Below are positions 1 through 9,030 of a DNA stretch of 64,000 bases, in pieces. Below the pieces are notes generated by a model that was given only the letters and a program-made list of their open reading frames with translations, was not told where the DNA came from and did not search any database. The first letter of the stretch is position 1; every line of letters starts with the position of its first letter. A program made the position numbers and the translations under genes. The stretch is from an uncultured virus (IMG/VR IMGVR_UViG_3300044630_006741) (taxonomy: Duplodnaviria > Heunggongvirae > Uroviricota > Caudoviricetes), in IMG/VR virus record IMGVR_UViG_3300044630_006741, one strand, 5' to 3'.

Positions 1-128
1 CACAGGTGAAATGGCCTGTGACCTCATTCAGTTCTGAGCCCAAGGGATGTTGGACCGGGCTGAACCACAGGAGCAAAAGCTCTAGGAACCATCGGGCTCA
101 CTACGAGGATCTGGCTTATGTTTGCACC

Positions 129-563
129 ATGATCAACAAACTCATCACTCGCTTTGTCTACCTCACCTCCCTGAAGGTGGTTGTCTTGACACTCTCCCTC
201 CTGTTGGGAGTACCCTTCCTCCTGCTCACCCCAAAGGACCTGCACCTGGCACTTAGAGTTTTCTACTCCCTGGCATCTGGGCTCATGCTGTCTCTCCCAC
301 TCCTGGCCATCCTCTACAACATGAGGCAGGATAACAAGTTCTGGAGACTGCTGGGAGAGACCAGACACCTACTGTATGAAGCCCAGAACCTCTCGGACGT
401 CAACTGGATCCGCAATGGACACTTCACCGATCTACAGAAGCTGCTAGGTGAAGCCGGTACCAGAGAGGCCAACCTCATGCAGGTGGCAGAGCTACACCGA
501 CTACAGCTGGACATAGACTGGAGGAACAGGGAGCTCATGGGGTACTACGAGCCGGAGAAGTAA
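129..563 (+). CDS. hypothetical membrane protein (early cassette)
   Basis: ORF with two hydrophobic stretches; ATG at 129 preferred over the upstream GTG. Confidence 0.6.
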   Translation: MINKLITRFVYLTSLKVVVLTLSLLLGVPFLLLTPKDLHLALRVFYSLASGLMLSLPLLAILYNMRQDNKFWRLLGETRHLLYEAQNLSDVNWIRNGHFTDLQKLLGEAGTREANLMQVAELHRLQLDIDWRNRELMGYYEPEK

Positions 564-617
564 CGGAAGTTCCGCGGCACCAGGTTCTATATTTGCAACA
601 TAACCAATTAAGACACT

Positions 618-956
618 ATGAACCCATTCAATCAACTTTGCGTTTGGCCAGCAACTCTACTAGAAGAGAACCAGATCCAGGACTTCGTCAACTTCTTCCA
701 AGAGGACATGGGAGTAAGGGTGGAGTACAAGACCACACTGCTCACCAATCCAGACCTAGATGCCAAGGGCAACCCCAAGCCTGACACAGGAGGTCGTCAC
801 GACGTGTTCTTCTACATCCACGATGATGACGTCCAGAAGTTCGCTATGGTGAGATTCCCGCTGGGAATCCGCTGGTGGGAAGACGTGATCAAGTACAACG
901 ATAACTCTCATCTGTACCCGCAGGAGTTCATAGAGGCCAATCCTCCCAAGTGGTAG
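618..956 (+). CDS. hypothetical protein
   Basis: 112-aa ORF directly behind a promoter motif. Confidence 0.8.
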   Translation: MNPFNQLCVWPATLLEENQIQDFVNFFQEDMGVRVEYKTTLLTNPDLDAKGNPKPDTGGRHDVFFYIHDDDVQKFAMVRFPLGIRWWEDVIKYNDNSHLYPQEFIEANPPKW

Positions 957-1028
957 AATACCTTCTGGTAGAACCCTCGGGGTTGTCTCGGGGGTTCACT
1001 CTATATTTGCATCATAACAGCTAAGAGC

Positions 1029-1409
1029 ATGGAAAAAGAATTTATATCTTACGAGTTGGCTTTAGAGTTAAAGCAACTTGGATTTGCTGAACCCTGTTTA
1101 GCAGTATTTAATGACTCTAAACAATTTAGAATTAATTCGGAGTCAAGAAATTGGAATGATAATTTAGTAAATGGTGATACTACATCATCTCCAACCTACT
1201 CACAAGCATTTAGATGGTTTAGGGAGAAGTTTGGTATGTGCATAGTGATTAAACCCATTGATGACAAGAACCTTGAGCTAGGTTACAACCTGTTGAAGAA
1301 CGGTTTAATGATGGGTTCTCATCCCACCTACGAAGAGGCTGAATTAGCTTGCTTACAAAAGCTGATAGAAATTTTACAAAATCTGATAGTAATTGTTAAG
1401 TCTCGCTAG
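1029..1409 (+). CDS. hypothetical phage protein (MEKEFISYELALELKQLGF family)
   Basis: ORF behind promoter motif; N- and C-terminal motifs (TYEEAELACL) resemble small proteins of Bacteroidetes phages. Confidence 0.8.
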   Translation: MEKEFISYELALELKQLGFAEPCLAVFNDSKQFRINSESRNWNDNLVNGDTTSSPTYSQAFRWFREKFGMCIVIKPIDDKNLELGYNLLKNGLMMGSHPTYEEAELACLQKLIEILQNLIVIVKSR

Positions 1410-1476
1410 TGAATAACCTTCGGGGTTCTCCCGGCTCCGCACCCTATATTTGCTCTACAACCAATCAATAGAGCAA

Positions 1477-1641
1477 ATGGAACTAGCAATCACACTCACC
1501 GCACAAGAGCAAGCCCTCTACAGCGCACACTTCGACTTCTTCCGCTTTGTACACAAGCTATCAAAGGCAAAGGCAGAGGCTAGAGCCAAGGCAGAGGTGG
1601 TAGCCAAGAGACCCAAGAGGAGATGGGGCTTTCCGGCCTAA
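1477..1641 (+). CDS. small basic hypothetical protein
   Basis: ATG 25 nt after the TATATTTG element. Confidence 0.7.
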   Translation: MELAITLTAQEQALYSAHFDFFRFVHKLSKAKAEARAKAEVVAKRPKRRWGFPA

Positions 1642-1696
1642 CCCTCGGGATTCCCCCGGCCACACACCTTATATTTGTCTCATAATACTATAGCAT

Positions 1697-1837
1697 ATGA
1701 TCAGAAGAATCAAGAGATTGAGAAGAGAGTTCTCCCGCATGAGTAAAGCAGAGCAGGCAGACACCCTGGATATGATACTAGGAGTAGGTCTCGGAGTTGT
1801 CTCGGTAACGGCTGTATTGATCTGGACCATCTTTTAA
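1697..1837 (+). CDS. 46-aa single-pass membrane protein (not in ORF track)
   Basis: MIRRIKRLRREF...LGVGLGVVSVTAVLIWTIF*, behind promoter motif. Confidence 0.7.
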   Translation: MIRRIKRLRREFSRMSKAEQADTLDMILGVGLGVVSVTAVLIWTIF

Positions 1838-1917
1838 GGTCCTAGAAAAAGACAGGACTTTCGGGTTCTCTCCGGGACTAGTAGTTACATTTAGGTCAAA
1901 TCAAAAACTAAATAGCT

Positions 1918-2043
1918 ATGGAAAAGAATAAGTATGACGATTACTCAAAAACTCAAGAAGAACCATCCCTTGGGCTAGAATTATCTATTGTAGCAATAGT
2001 AATAACATTTCTAATTGTATTCTTTAAGATGTCAATATCATGA
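1918..2043 (+). CDS. 41-aa single-pass membrane protein (not in ORF track)
   Basis: MEKNKYDDYS...LSIVAIVITFLIVFFKMSIS*, behind promoter motif. Confidence 0.65.
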   Translation: MEKNKYDDYSKTQEEPSLGLELSIVAIVITFLIVFFKMSIS

Positions 2044-2108
2044 GTAAACCCTCGGGGTTATCCCGGGACTAGGAGTTACATTTGTCTCATAACTTAAAAA
2101 AAAGAGTC

Positions 2109-2390
2109 ATGTCAAAGCAACAAACTGCATTAGATTTTTTCATTAGTGAACTTGAATCAAAAGGAAATTCCTTTGAAAATGGAATGATTGGAAGAGTTCA
2201 AATTTCCATAAATGTACAAGACTATCAGAAATTAAAAGACCAGGCCAAGCAAATGGGGAAGGAGCAGATTGAACGAGCATACGTTCGCGGAGATGTAGAT
2301 TCGTTTGGTGGAATTCATCACTCTGAATACTACGGAAATAAGTCAGCCGAGCAATACTACAACGAAACATACGGAGGACAAGAAGAGTAA
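2109..2390 (+). CDS. hypothetical phage protein (KQQTA...AEQYYNETY family)
   Basis: ORF behind promoter motif. Confidence 0.75.
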   Translation: MSKQQTALDFFISELESKGNSFENGMIGRVQISINVQDYQKLKDQAKQMGKEQIERAYVRGDVDSFGGIHHSEYYGNKSAEQYYNETYGGQEE

Positions 2391-2450
2391 ACCCTCGGGG
2401 TCTTCTCGGGACTAGGAGTTACATTTAGGTCAAATCAAAAACTAAACATT

Positions 2451-2651
2451 ATGAAAAAAGTTTTAGAAGCTCTCATGAACCTCGTATTAAACCCGTTAGT
2501 ATACGGTGTTATCCTATTCATCATATTTGCGGTTGACCTTGAGTATGACCGCGATGTCTTTACCTGGTTCTGGTTATTGTATGCTCAGTTGAATCTAATG
2601 ATATGGGCTATTAGCGAAATCAAAAGAGTAAAACCCGTGCAGGAAGAATAG
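2451..2651 (+). CDS. small two-TM membrane protein
   Basis: hydrophobic 66-aa ORF behind promoter motif. Confidence 0.7.
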   Translation: MKKVLEALMNLVLNPLVYGVILFIIFAVDLEYDRDVFTWFWLLYAQLNLMIWAISEIKRVKPVQEE

Positions 2652-2723
2652 TAAGACAGGACCTTCGGGGTCTTCTCGGGACTAGGTCCTATATTTGCTT
2701 CATAACCAATCCACACAAAGCAC

Positions 2724-2837
2724 ATGAAAAAAGGATTTCCATTCATCTCAGTTTTAGAGGCAGTATGCTACAGCCTAGCCATCAGCTTCCTCTCACTAGT
2801 ACTCATAGGCACCATCATCATCAAGATCGTCCAATAA
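2724..2837 (+). CDS. 37-aa membrane peptide (not in ORF track)
   Basis: MKKGFPFISVLEAVCYSLAISFLSLVLIGTIIIKIVQ*, behind promoter motif. Confidence 0.6.
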   Translation: MKKGFPFISVLEAVCYSLAISFLSLVLIGTIIIKIVQ

Positions 2838-3060
2838 GGGTCCCCTAGGGGAAAGCCGGAGGGGGGCTAAATTGGGGTCCCTAAAATGGGGGTAAACCCC
2901 CCTCACGCGTATAGCCTAAATACAAGGGGGAATCCCCTTAGGGGTCCCCAGAAGGATCCCCTATAATTAGGGGGGTTTTGACGGTAAAAACGGGGGGTTT
3001 TTAGGGGACCCTAGAGAGGGGGCCAATACGCGGGGGGTAGAACTCGGCATGGGGTTCGCT
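2838..3060. repeat. non-coding GC-rich block of G/C runs and inverted repeats
   Basis: GGGTCCC x3, GGGGGTAAACCCCC, GGGGAATCCCC and inverted GGGTCCCTAAAA / TTTTAGGGGACCC in an otherwise AT-rich genome. Confidence 0.75.
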
Positions 3061-3089
3061 AAAGCAATTCCATATAGTAACCTTGGACA

Positions 3090-3164
3090 GAGTCAAAAGG
3101 CAGAGTCAATAAGGATCTATGACTAAGACCGAGTCAAGACTGAGTCAAAGGCAGAGTCAATAAG
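3090..3164 (+). repeat. five GAGTCAA direct repeats
   Basis: GAGTCAA at 3090, 3103, 3131, 3142, 3154; AAAGGCAGAGTCAATAAG occurs twice. Confidence 0.8.
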
Positions 3165-3321
3165 TAGTCTGTTCTGTAGTCAATTGGTCATCTCTGTCAC
3201 TCTCAGTCGTTAGTGTCTCCTCTCCAGCTAAACCTGGCCGCTTGTCTCGCACTTGATAGCTAGTGATGTTCCTTCCCCTGCAAGCTAGGTGTATAAACTG
3301 AGTGAAATGGATACATAAGAT

Positions 3322-4083
3322 ATGAAAGTAACAAAAGTAAACAATTACGAGAACTGGCTGTTGGAAAGAGAAATCCTTTCTCTTCTTATTAAACACCTGC
3401 ATGAAGGTTGCACTATGCTTCCTATAGCTCATGTCATCAATGAGGGCACTATGAGCAAGGCTGACTATGAGCTTGATAGATTATTAAAGAGAGCTGAGGC
3501 CAAGGGTGAGACACCTCTTGTTAAAGACTTCGTGCCTGAGATCAAGTCTCTGGTTCAGAAGTTTGCAGACTCTGGGCAGTCTGGTGCCTCTGCTCCCTAT
3601 ACATCCGGTGTCATAGTTAGTGTTATCCAGAAGCTTCTTAATCAGGAACCCTTGGGTGGCATAGAGGGCACTGAGGATGAGTGGGTTGATATAGGCAAGG
3701 AAGCAGGAGAGACTCCTGGCACCATGTTTCAGAACAACCGACTGAGCTCTGTGTTCAAGGATGCGGATGATAAACCCTACTATCTAGATGCCATTGTGTT
3801 CAAGGACGCTGATAAGGACTATAGCTTTACTAGTGGCTCTATTGACTTGCCTGGACTAGCTGATGATGCTGGGGGTGGCAAGGTAGGCTCTGCTCAGTAC
3901 ATCAAGACATTTCCTTTTGAACCCAAGACGTTTGTCATTGATGTCATTAGCACTGAGTACCATAAGAACGAAGACGGTACTCTAGTGCCTCAGGATGGAG
4001 GAGGCTGGTGGGAGAGTGTGGTGAAAGATCCCAAGCAGTTAGAGGAAGTGTGGCAGCACTACGATAGAAAGACTATGAAGTAA
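3322..4083 (+). CDS. hypothetical protein
   Basis: 253-aa ORF with a tag-like N-terminus (NYENWLLE). Confidence 0.8.
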   Translation: MKVTKVNNYENWLLEREILSLLIKHLHEGCTMLPIAHVINEGTMSKADYELDRLLKRAEAKGETPLVKDFVPEIKSLVQKFADSGQSGASAPYTSGVIVSVIQKLLNQEPLGGIEGTEDEWVDIGKEAGETPGTMFQNNRLSSVFKDADDKPYYLDAIVFKDADKDYSFTSGSIDLPGLADDAGGGKVGSAQYIKTFPFEPKTFVIDVISTEYHKNEDGTLVPQDGGGWWESVVKDPKQLEEVWQHYDRKTMK

Positions 4084-4202
4084 CTTTTATGATGCCGGGC
4101 CCCGGCCCTCCAAAATGGCACCTAGAGGGGATCCTAAAGCGCCTTTTCCCCATTGAGATATATAGAGCAACAAAAGAGAAACAGGGAAGCATCCAATTGA
4201 GA

Positions 4203-5006
4203 ATGAGACACATTAAACCATATAATCAACTATTTGAAAGCCAGCAAAGATTGACACAGGAGCAGAAAGACTGGCTGTATGAATGCACCACAGGAAGCTG
4301 GGAGATTAACACACAGACCGGTTTGGTTGATGTTGATGGGGATTTCTCTTGCACGGGTCAGGGTCTGTCTGATTTTAAGGGAGTGAGATTTGGAAACATT
4401 ATTGAGGATTTCGATTGTGACAACAACCTCCTAACCTCACTACGGGGAGCACCACATGTGGTGGGAGGGAGCTTCGATTGCTCCGACAACGAGCTCACCT
4501 CCCTGGAGGGAGCACCGCAGAGCGTGGGTGGTGCTTTCTTTTGCTCCTACAACGAGCTCACCTCCTTGGAGGGAACACCGCAGAAAGTGAGTGGGGATTT
4601 CTTTTGCTCCTATAACGAGCTCACCTCCCTGGAGGGAGCACCACTGGAAATCGAAGAGAATTTTGATTGTGGCAACAATCAGCTCACCTCACTAGAGGGA
4701 GCACCCCAGAGCGTGGGTGGTAGTTTCGATTGCAGCAGCAACTTCCTCGTTTCCTTAGAGGGAGCACCTCAGAGCGTGGGCTATAATTTCCTTTGCCACG
4801 ACAACCCAATATCCGAAAGAGTCATGAAGGGGGTGATTGAGAGGATGAGAGGCAAGAAGATCTCATTAGAGCAGGCTGTTGCCGAGTATTGGAAGCACAT
4901 CCCTCAGGAGGATAGGGTCTACTTGGCCAAACATCATCCAACTCTTCCAGAAGAAGAGAAGAGGGAATACGCGGCACTAGAGAGATTAAAGAAAAGAATC
5001 ATATGA
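4203..5006 (+). CDS. LRR-like 22-aa repeat protein, paralogue 1
   Basis: repeats FxCxxNxLTSLEGAPxxVxG; start moved to MRHIKPY by alignment with paralogues. Confidence 0.85.
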   Translation: MRHIKPYNQLFESQQRLTQEQKDWLYECTTGSWEINTQTGLVDVDGDFSCTGQGLSDFKGVRFGNIIEDFDCDNNLLTSLRGAPHVVGGSFDCSDNELTSLEGAPQSVGGAFFCSYNELTSLEGTPQKVSGDFFCSYNELTSLEGAPLEIEENFDCGNNQLTSLEGAPQSVGGSFDCSSNFLVSLEGAPQSVGYNFLCHDNPISERVMKGVIERMRGKKISLEQAVAEYWKHIPQEDRVYLAKHHPTLPEEEKREYAALERLKKRII

Positions 5007-5761
5007 GACACATTAAGAGATATAATCAGCTATTCGAGAACACCCAAGAGCTCACACAGGAGCAGAAAGACTGGCTCGATGAGTGCGTAGATGAGGACGT
5101 AAGGGGCAGAGGAGCTTGGAGCGTTAATCCGAAAACGGGACTAGTTGATATCAAGGGACTTTTTCAGTCCACAGATGAACAGCTAACCGATTTCAAGGGA
5201 GTGAGGTTTGGCAAAGTTAGCGGTGGCTTCTATTGTAATTACAATCAACTCACGTCACTAGAGGGAGCACCACAAGAAGTGGGTGGTGATTTCTACTGTC
5301 ACCATAATAGGCTCACTTCACTAGAGGGTGGTCCACGGAAAGTAGGGGGTTTTTACTATTGCAACAACAATTTGCTCACCTCCCTGGAGGGCGCACCAGA
5401 GGTAGTGCCAAGAATGTTCGTTTGCTCTCATAATAAGCTCACTTCTTTAAAGGGATGCCCTAAGAAGATCGGCTCACAATTTTTGGCCAATAACAACGAG
5501 CTCACCTCACTAGAGGGAGCACCACAGTATGTGGAAGGTCCGTTCTATCTAGGTGATAACCCAATATCTACCAGGGCTTCTGAAGGCGTGCTTAGAAGAA
5601 TGATCAGGGATAGGATCACTTTAGAACAGGCTGTGGCCGATTACTGGAAGAATATACCCAGAGCAGATAAACCATATCTGGCCAAGCACAATCCCGATCT
5701 CTCACCAGAGCAGAAGAGGGGATACGAGGCACTATATAGACTTAAGACAAGAGTTATATGA
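5003..5761 (+). CDS. LRR-like repeat protein, paralogue 2
   Basis: same repeats and caps; ATGA overlap. Confidence 0.85.
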   Translation: MRHIKRYNQLFENTQELTQEQKDWLDECVDEDVRGRGAWSVNPKTGLVDIKGLFQSTDEQLTDFKGVRFGKVSGGFYCNYNQLTSLEGAPQEVGGDFYCHHNRLTSLEGGPRKVGGFYYCNNNLLTSLEGAPEVVPRMFVCSHNKLTSLKGCPKKIGSQFLANNNELTSLEGAPQYVEGPFYLGDNPISTRASEGVLRRMIRDRITLEQAVADYWKNIPRADKPYLAKHNPDLSPEQKRGYEALYRLKTRVI

Positions 5762-6636
5762 GACACATTAAAGAATACCATCAACTATTCGAGAACACTC
5801 AGGAGTTGACGCAGGAGCAGAAGGATTGGCTTGACGAGTGTGTAAGTGGCACTTGGTGGGTTGATCCAAAAACAGGACTTGTTGATGTGGATGGAGAATT
5901 CGAATGCAAAGAGCAGGAGCTGACCGATCTTAAAGGTGTGAGATTTGGTAAAGTGAAATCGACCTTCAATTGCTCGGACAACTTTATCACTTCCCTAGAG
6001 GGAGCACCTCAGACAGTGGGTAGATATTTCAATTGCTCCAATAACCAGCTCACCTCCTTAGAGGGAGCACCTCAGACAGTGGGCTCTAGCTTCGATTGCT
6101 CCAACAACTCGCTCACATCACTCGAGGGACTTCCCAATGGGTTTGTCTTGGGCGGGAGTTTTTATTGCTCTGAAAACTCTCTCACTTCACTAGCTGGACT
6201 TCCTGATGGATTTAGTGCGGAGGGAAATTTCAATTGCTCCGACAACTCGCTCACTTCCCTAAAGGGAGCACCCCAGAATGTTAATGGGACTTTCAATTGC
6301 TCTGACAATCAGCTCACGTCTCTAAAGGGAGGACCGCAGAGTGTGAGAGCGGGCTTCTTTTGTGAAGACAATCAGCTCACCTCGCTCGAGGGAGCACCAC
6401 AGAGACTTGAGGGTGGTTCCATTTGTTTAGGCAACCCCATTTCTGAAGGAGTCATTAAGGGAGTTCTTAAAAGGATGAGCGGCAAGAATATTTCTTTAGA
6501 ACAGGCTGTGATTGCCGAATGGAGGCACGCTTCAGAGGATGATAGGGTATATCTTGCCAAGCATAATCCAGATCTCCCACCGGAGGAGAGGAAAGAATAT
6601 GCGGCACTAGAGAGATTAAAGAAAAGAATCATATGA
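5758..6636 (+). CDS. LRR-like repeat protein, paralogue 3
   Basis: same repeats and caps; ATGA overlap. Confidence 0.85.
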   Translation: MRHIKEYHQLFENTQELTQEQKDWLDECVSGTWWVDPKTGLVDVDGEFECKEQELTDLKGVRFGKVKSTFNCSDNFITSLEGAPQTVGRYFNCSNNQLTSLEGAPQTVGSSFDCSNNSLTSLEGLPNGFVLGGSFYCSENSLTSLAGLPDGFSAEGNFNCSDNSLTSLKGAPQNVNGTFNCSDNQLTSLKGGPQSVRAGFFCEDNQLTSLEGAPQRLEGGSICLGNPISEGVIKGVLKRMSGKNISLEQAVIAEWRHASEDDRVYLAKHNPDLPPEERKEYAALERLKKRII

Positions 6637-7433
6637 GACATATTAAGCCATACAATCAACTATTTGAAAGTCAGCAGAAGTTGACACAGGAGCAAATGGA
6701 TTGGCTTGACGTCTGTGTAAGTGGCAGATGGCAAATTAATCCACAGACAGGACTTGTTGACGTAGAAGGAGATTTCGACTACGATGCAGATGCTCCGAAT
6801 TTTAATGGTGTGAGATTTGGTGATATTGGTGGTGATTTCAAATGCTCTCGTAGCTCACTCACTTCCCTAGAAGGAGCACCACAGAGCGTGAGTGGCAATT
6901 TTTACTGCTCACATAACTTGCTCACATCGCTAAAGGGAGCACCTCAGTCGGTGGGTGGAAATTTCTCCTGCTCCAATAACTCTATCACCTCTCTAGAGGG
7001 TGGCCCACAGAGTGTGGGATACATTTACCAATGTGACCATAACTCTCTCACCTCACTCGAGGGAGCACCACAGAAGATTGGATGGAGTTTTGATTGTAGC
7101 CATAACCAGCTCACTTCTCTAGAGGGAGCACCTCTTAGTATTGGTGGTGATTTTGATTGCTCTCACAATAGCATCACCTCTCTAGAGGGAGCACCACAGG
7201 AAGTTGGCAGGACAACCTATTGTTACACAAATCCTATTGGACATAAGGTTTTTAAAGGAGTTATTTATAAAATGACCCAACAACAGATTCCGCTGGAGCA
7301 GGCAGTGGCAAAGGAATGGAGATACACTCCAGAGGAGGATAGGATATATCTTGCTAAGCATAATCCGAAGCTATCACCAGAGGAGAGGAAAGAATACGAG
7401 GCACTTGCCAGGTACAAGGAAAGAGTTATATAG
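6633..7433 (+). CDS. LRR-like repeat protein, paralogue 4
   Basis: same repeats and caps; ATGA overlap. Confidence 0.85.
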   Translation: MRHIKPYNQLFESQQKLTQEQMDWLDVCVSGRWQINPQTGLVDVEGDFDYDADAPNFNGVRFGDIGGDFKCSRSSLTSLEGAPQSVSGNFYCSHNLLTSLKGAPQSVGGNFSCSNNSITSLEGGPQSVGYIYQCDHNSLTSLEGAPQKIGWSFDCSHNQLTSLEGAPLSIGGDFDCSHNSITSLEGAPQEVGRTTYCYTNPIGHKVFKGVIYKMTQQQIPLEQAVAKEWRYTPEEDRIYLAKHNPKLSPEERKEYEALARYKERVI

Positions 7434-7454
7434 AACCGCTTAAAGGATAATACC

Positions 7455-7967
7455 TTAGATCAACTGAGATCCGCTTCCTTTTTTGGTTCCCTTTGGTACA
7501 TTTCCTGTTAGATCCCCCCATTCAAAAATCACGTCTCCGTCTGTTGTCATATAGACAGATTTAGACTCGCTAGGCGTGTTGTAGATTTCCATTGTGCACC
7601 ATTTATCTGGCTCTTGCCTGTAGCTTATAGAAACCCCCGACCCGTAGTATGGGTTATCAAAAGCTTTAATGGCTTTCTCTGGCAGAATGTAATGAATGGT
7701 TTGTAGTATGCCATCCGACCATTTCATGATCTGATATGCTTTACTGTCACCAGATTTAACCAGATCTAGAGCTTCACTTCTAAGGGCTCTTTCTTCTTCC
7801 TGATTTTCCGTTTCCTTCATCTTCAATTCAGTGCCGGTTTTTCCAATTAGGCTGGCTAATTGTTTTGCGGCTTCAACCATTCTAGGTGTTTTGTTTCTCA
7901 TCTTGTTATCCGTTGAGCTATCTGTGTCCATTTCAAATAGCTGCTTAAAGCTTTTTAGTGTTTTCAT
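7455..7967 (-). CDS. hypothetical protein with N-terminal tag
   Basis: MKTLKSFKQLFE; GATATATA upstream on the minus strand. Confidence 0.8.
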   Translation of the reverse strand: MKTLKSFKQLFEMDTDSSTDNKMRNKTPRMVEAAKQLASLIGKTGTELKMKETENQEEERALRSEALDLVKSGDSKAYQIMKWSDGILQTIHYILPEKAIKAFDNPYYGSGVSISYRQEPDKWCTMEIYNTPSESKSVYMTTDGDVIFEWGDLTGNVPKGTKKGSGSQLI

Positions 7968-8025
7968 GTCTTTATATATCAGTTCCGTCCAAAAATTAAG
8001 TCACTTGAGCGTGATATATAAAGAT

Positions 8026-9021
8026 ATGAAACATATTAGGATATTTGAATCCGCTTCAGAGAAACTATACCACGGTAACAGGAAAGGTGATTTCCCGCCG
8101 TCTAAGAAGAGATTCGCAGATGCTATATTCCTAACATCTAGTTTGGATTTTGCAAAGGATTTTGCAGGATTTAACGATGGCGATGAGTTTCCAGATGGTG
8201 CAGTGTGGGAGGTTGAATTAAAAGAGCTTCTGAATCTCTGCAATCCAATGGAAACCAAAACGATGATTGAGCTGAATCTAAAGGAAGTCATCCAAAAGAT
8301 GATCGACGATAAGTATGTTGATGAAGCAAGCGGGACAAAGTTTAATGAGGTCGGAGGATCTGGCTTTAAAGGATACGACCCAGATGAAGACAGAGAGTTT
8401 GATTTGAAAGATAAATCAGAGAGTGTCTATTTTTATCTATGGAGAATAAAGAACGGGGCTTGGAGAATAATCGAGTGCAACCCGGTTATTGAGAGGATCA
8501 AGGAATCTGGATTTGATGGGTTCTATATAGTGGAGAGAGGAGCTAAAAACGTGGCGATCTTTGACGAGAAGTCTATAAAAAGCTTTGAAAAAATTCTAGA
8601 TCATAAGGAATTAACACCAGACAAAATTAGCGAATCCCGTTTATACGTTGGTAGCAGATCAGGAAGCATGAGACACATTAAGAAATTTGAGTCTTTATTT
8701 CGAGGCAGCACAAACGAGAACGAGTCCTGGACAGGTGATCTATACGATGGCAATATAACATTCGAATTTAGTTATAAGGAACTAGGCTTGGATAAACTCA
8801 CAGAGGAGTTTTATAAGAAGAGCGGCATTCCCAGAGAGTACATCTTGAACGAGCTTATCTATTTTATAGAGATGGATGCGGAGGGGGATGATTTAACGGG
8901 CTATATAGCGGACTATCAAAAAGACAGACTGGGTCTAATAAGGTCCAATTGGGATTCATTGGACAGCGAGGAGCAGAGAGAGTTTACAGTCAAGGATAGA
9001 TTTAGAAGAAGATTAATATAA
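8026..9021 (+). CDS. ADP-ribosyltransferase-like (ART-PolyVal-like) protein fused to a second tagged module
   Basis: LYHG...IFLTS..FAKDFA...GFDG...VAIFD..IK motifs; start at MKHIRIFE behind GATATATA; second MRHIKKFE at 8668. Confidence 0.6.
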   Translation: MKHIRIFESASEKLYHGNRKGDFPPSKKRFADAIFLTSSLDFAKDFAGFNDGDEFPDGAVWEVELKELLNLCNPMETKTMIELNLKEVIQKMIDDKYVDEASGTKFNEVGGSGFKGYDPDEDREFDLKDKSESVYFYLWRIKNGAWRIIECNPVIERIKESGFDGFYIVERGAKNVAIFDEKSIKSFEKILDHKELTPDKISESRLYVGSRSGSMRHIKKFESLFRGSTNENESWTGDLYDGNITFEFSYKELGLDKLTEEFYKKSGIPREYILNELIYFIEMDAEGDDLTGYIADYQKDRLGLIRSNWDSLDSEEQREFTVKDRFRRRLI

Positions 9022-9030
9022 TACAATAGA

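Larger units (their letters stand above)
564..2708 (+). promoter_or_regulatory. eight copies of a promoter-like intergenic motif CGG-N8-CGG-N10-TAyATTT(G/A), one in front of each small gene
   Basis: TATATTTG/TACATTTG/TACATTTA at 588, 1002, 1445, 1670, 1886, 2077, 2420, 2690, each preceded by CGG at fixed spacing; resembles the Bacteroidetes -7 element TAnnTTTG. Confidence 0.8.

Noticed and set aside
564..3165. CRISPR array or integron attC cassettes
   Set aside because: Repeats are degenerate, separated by whole genes or only a few bases, carry a promoter -7 motif, and there are no cas or integrase genes in the window.
4203..7433. Diversity-generating retroelement acting on the LRR genes
   Set aside because: No reverse transcriptase and no TR/VR pair with adenine-specific differences visible.
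7831..8025. Hydrophobic N-terminal extension of ORF 7831-9021
   Set aside because: It overlaps the opposite-strand gene; the promoter motif and tag point to a start at 8026.
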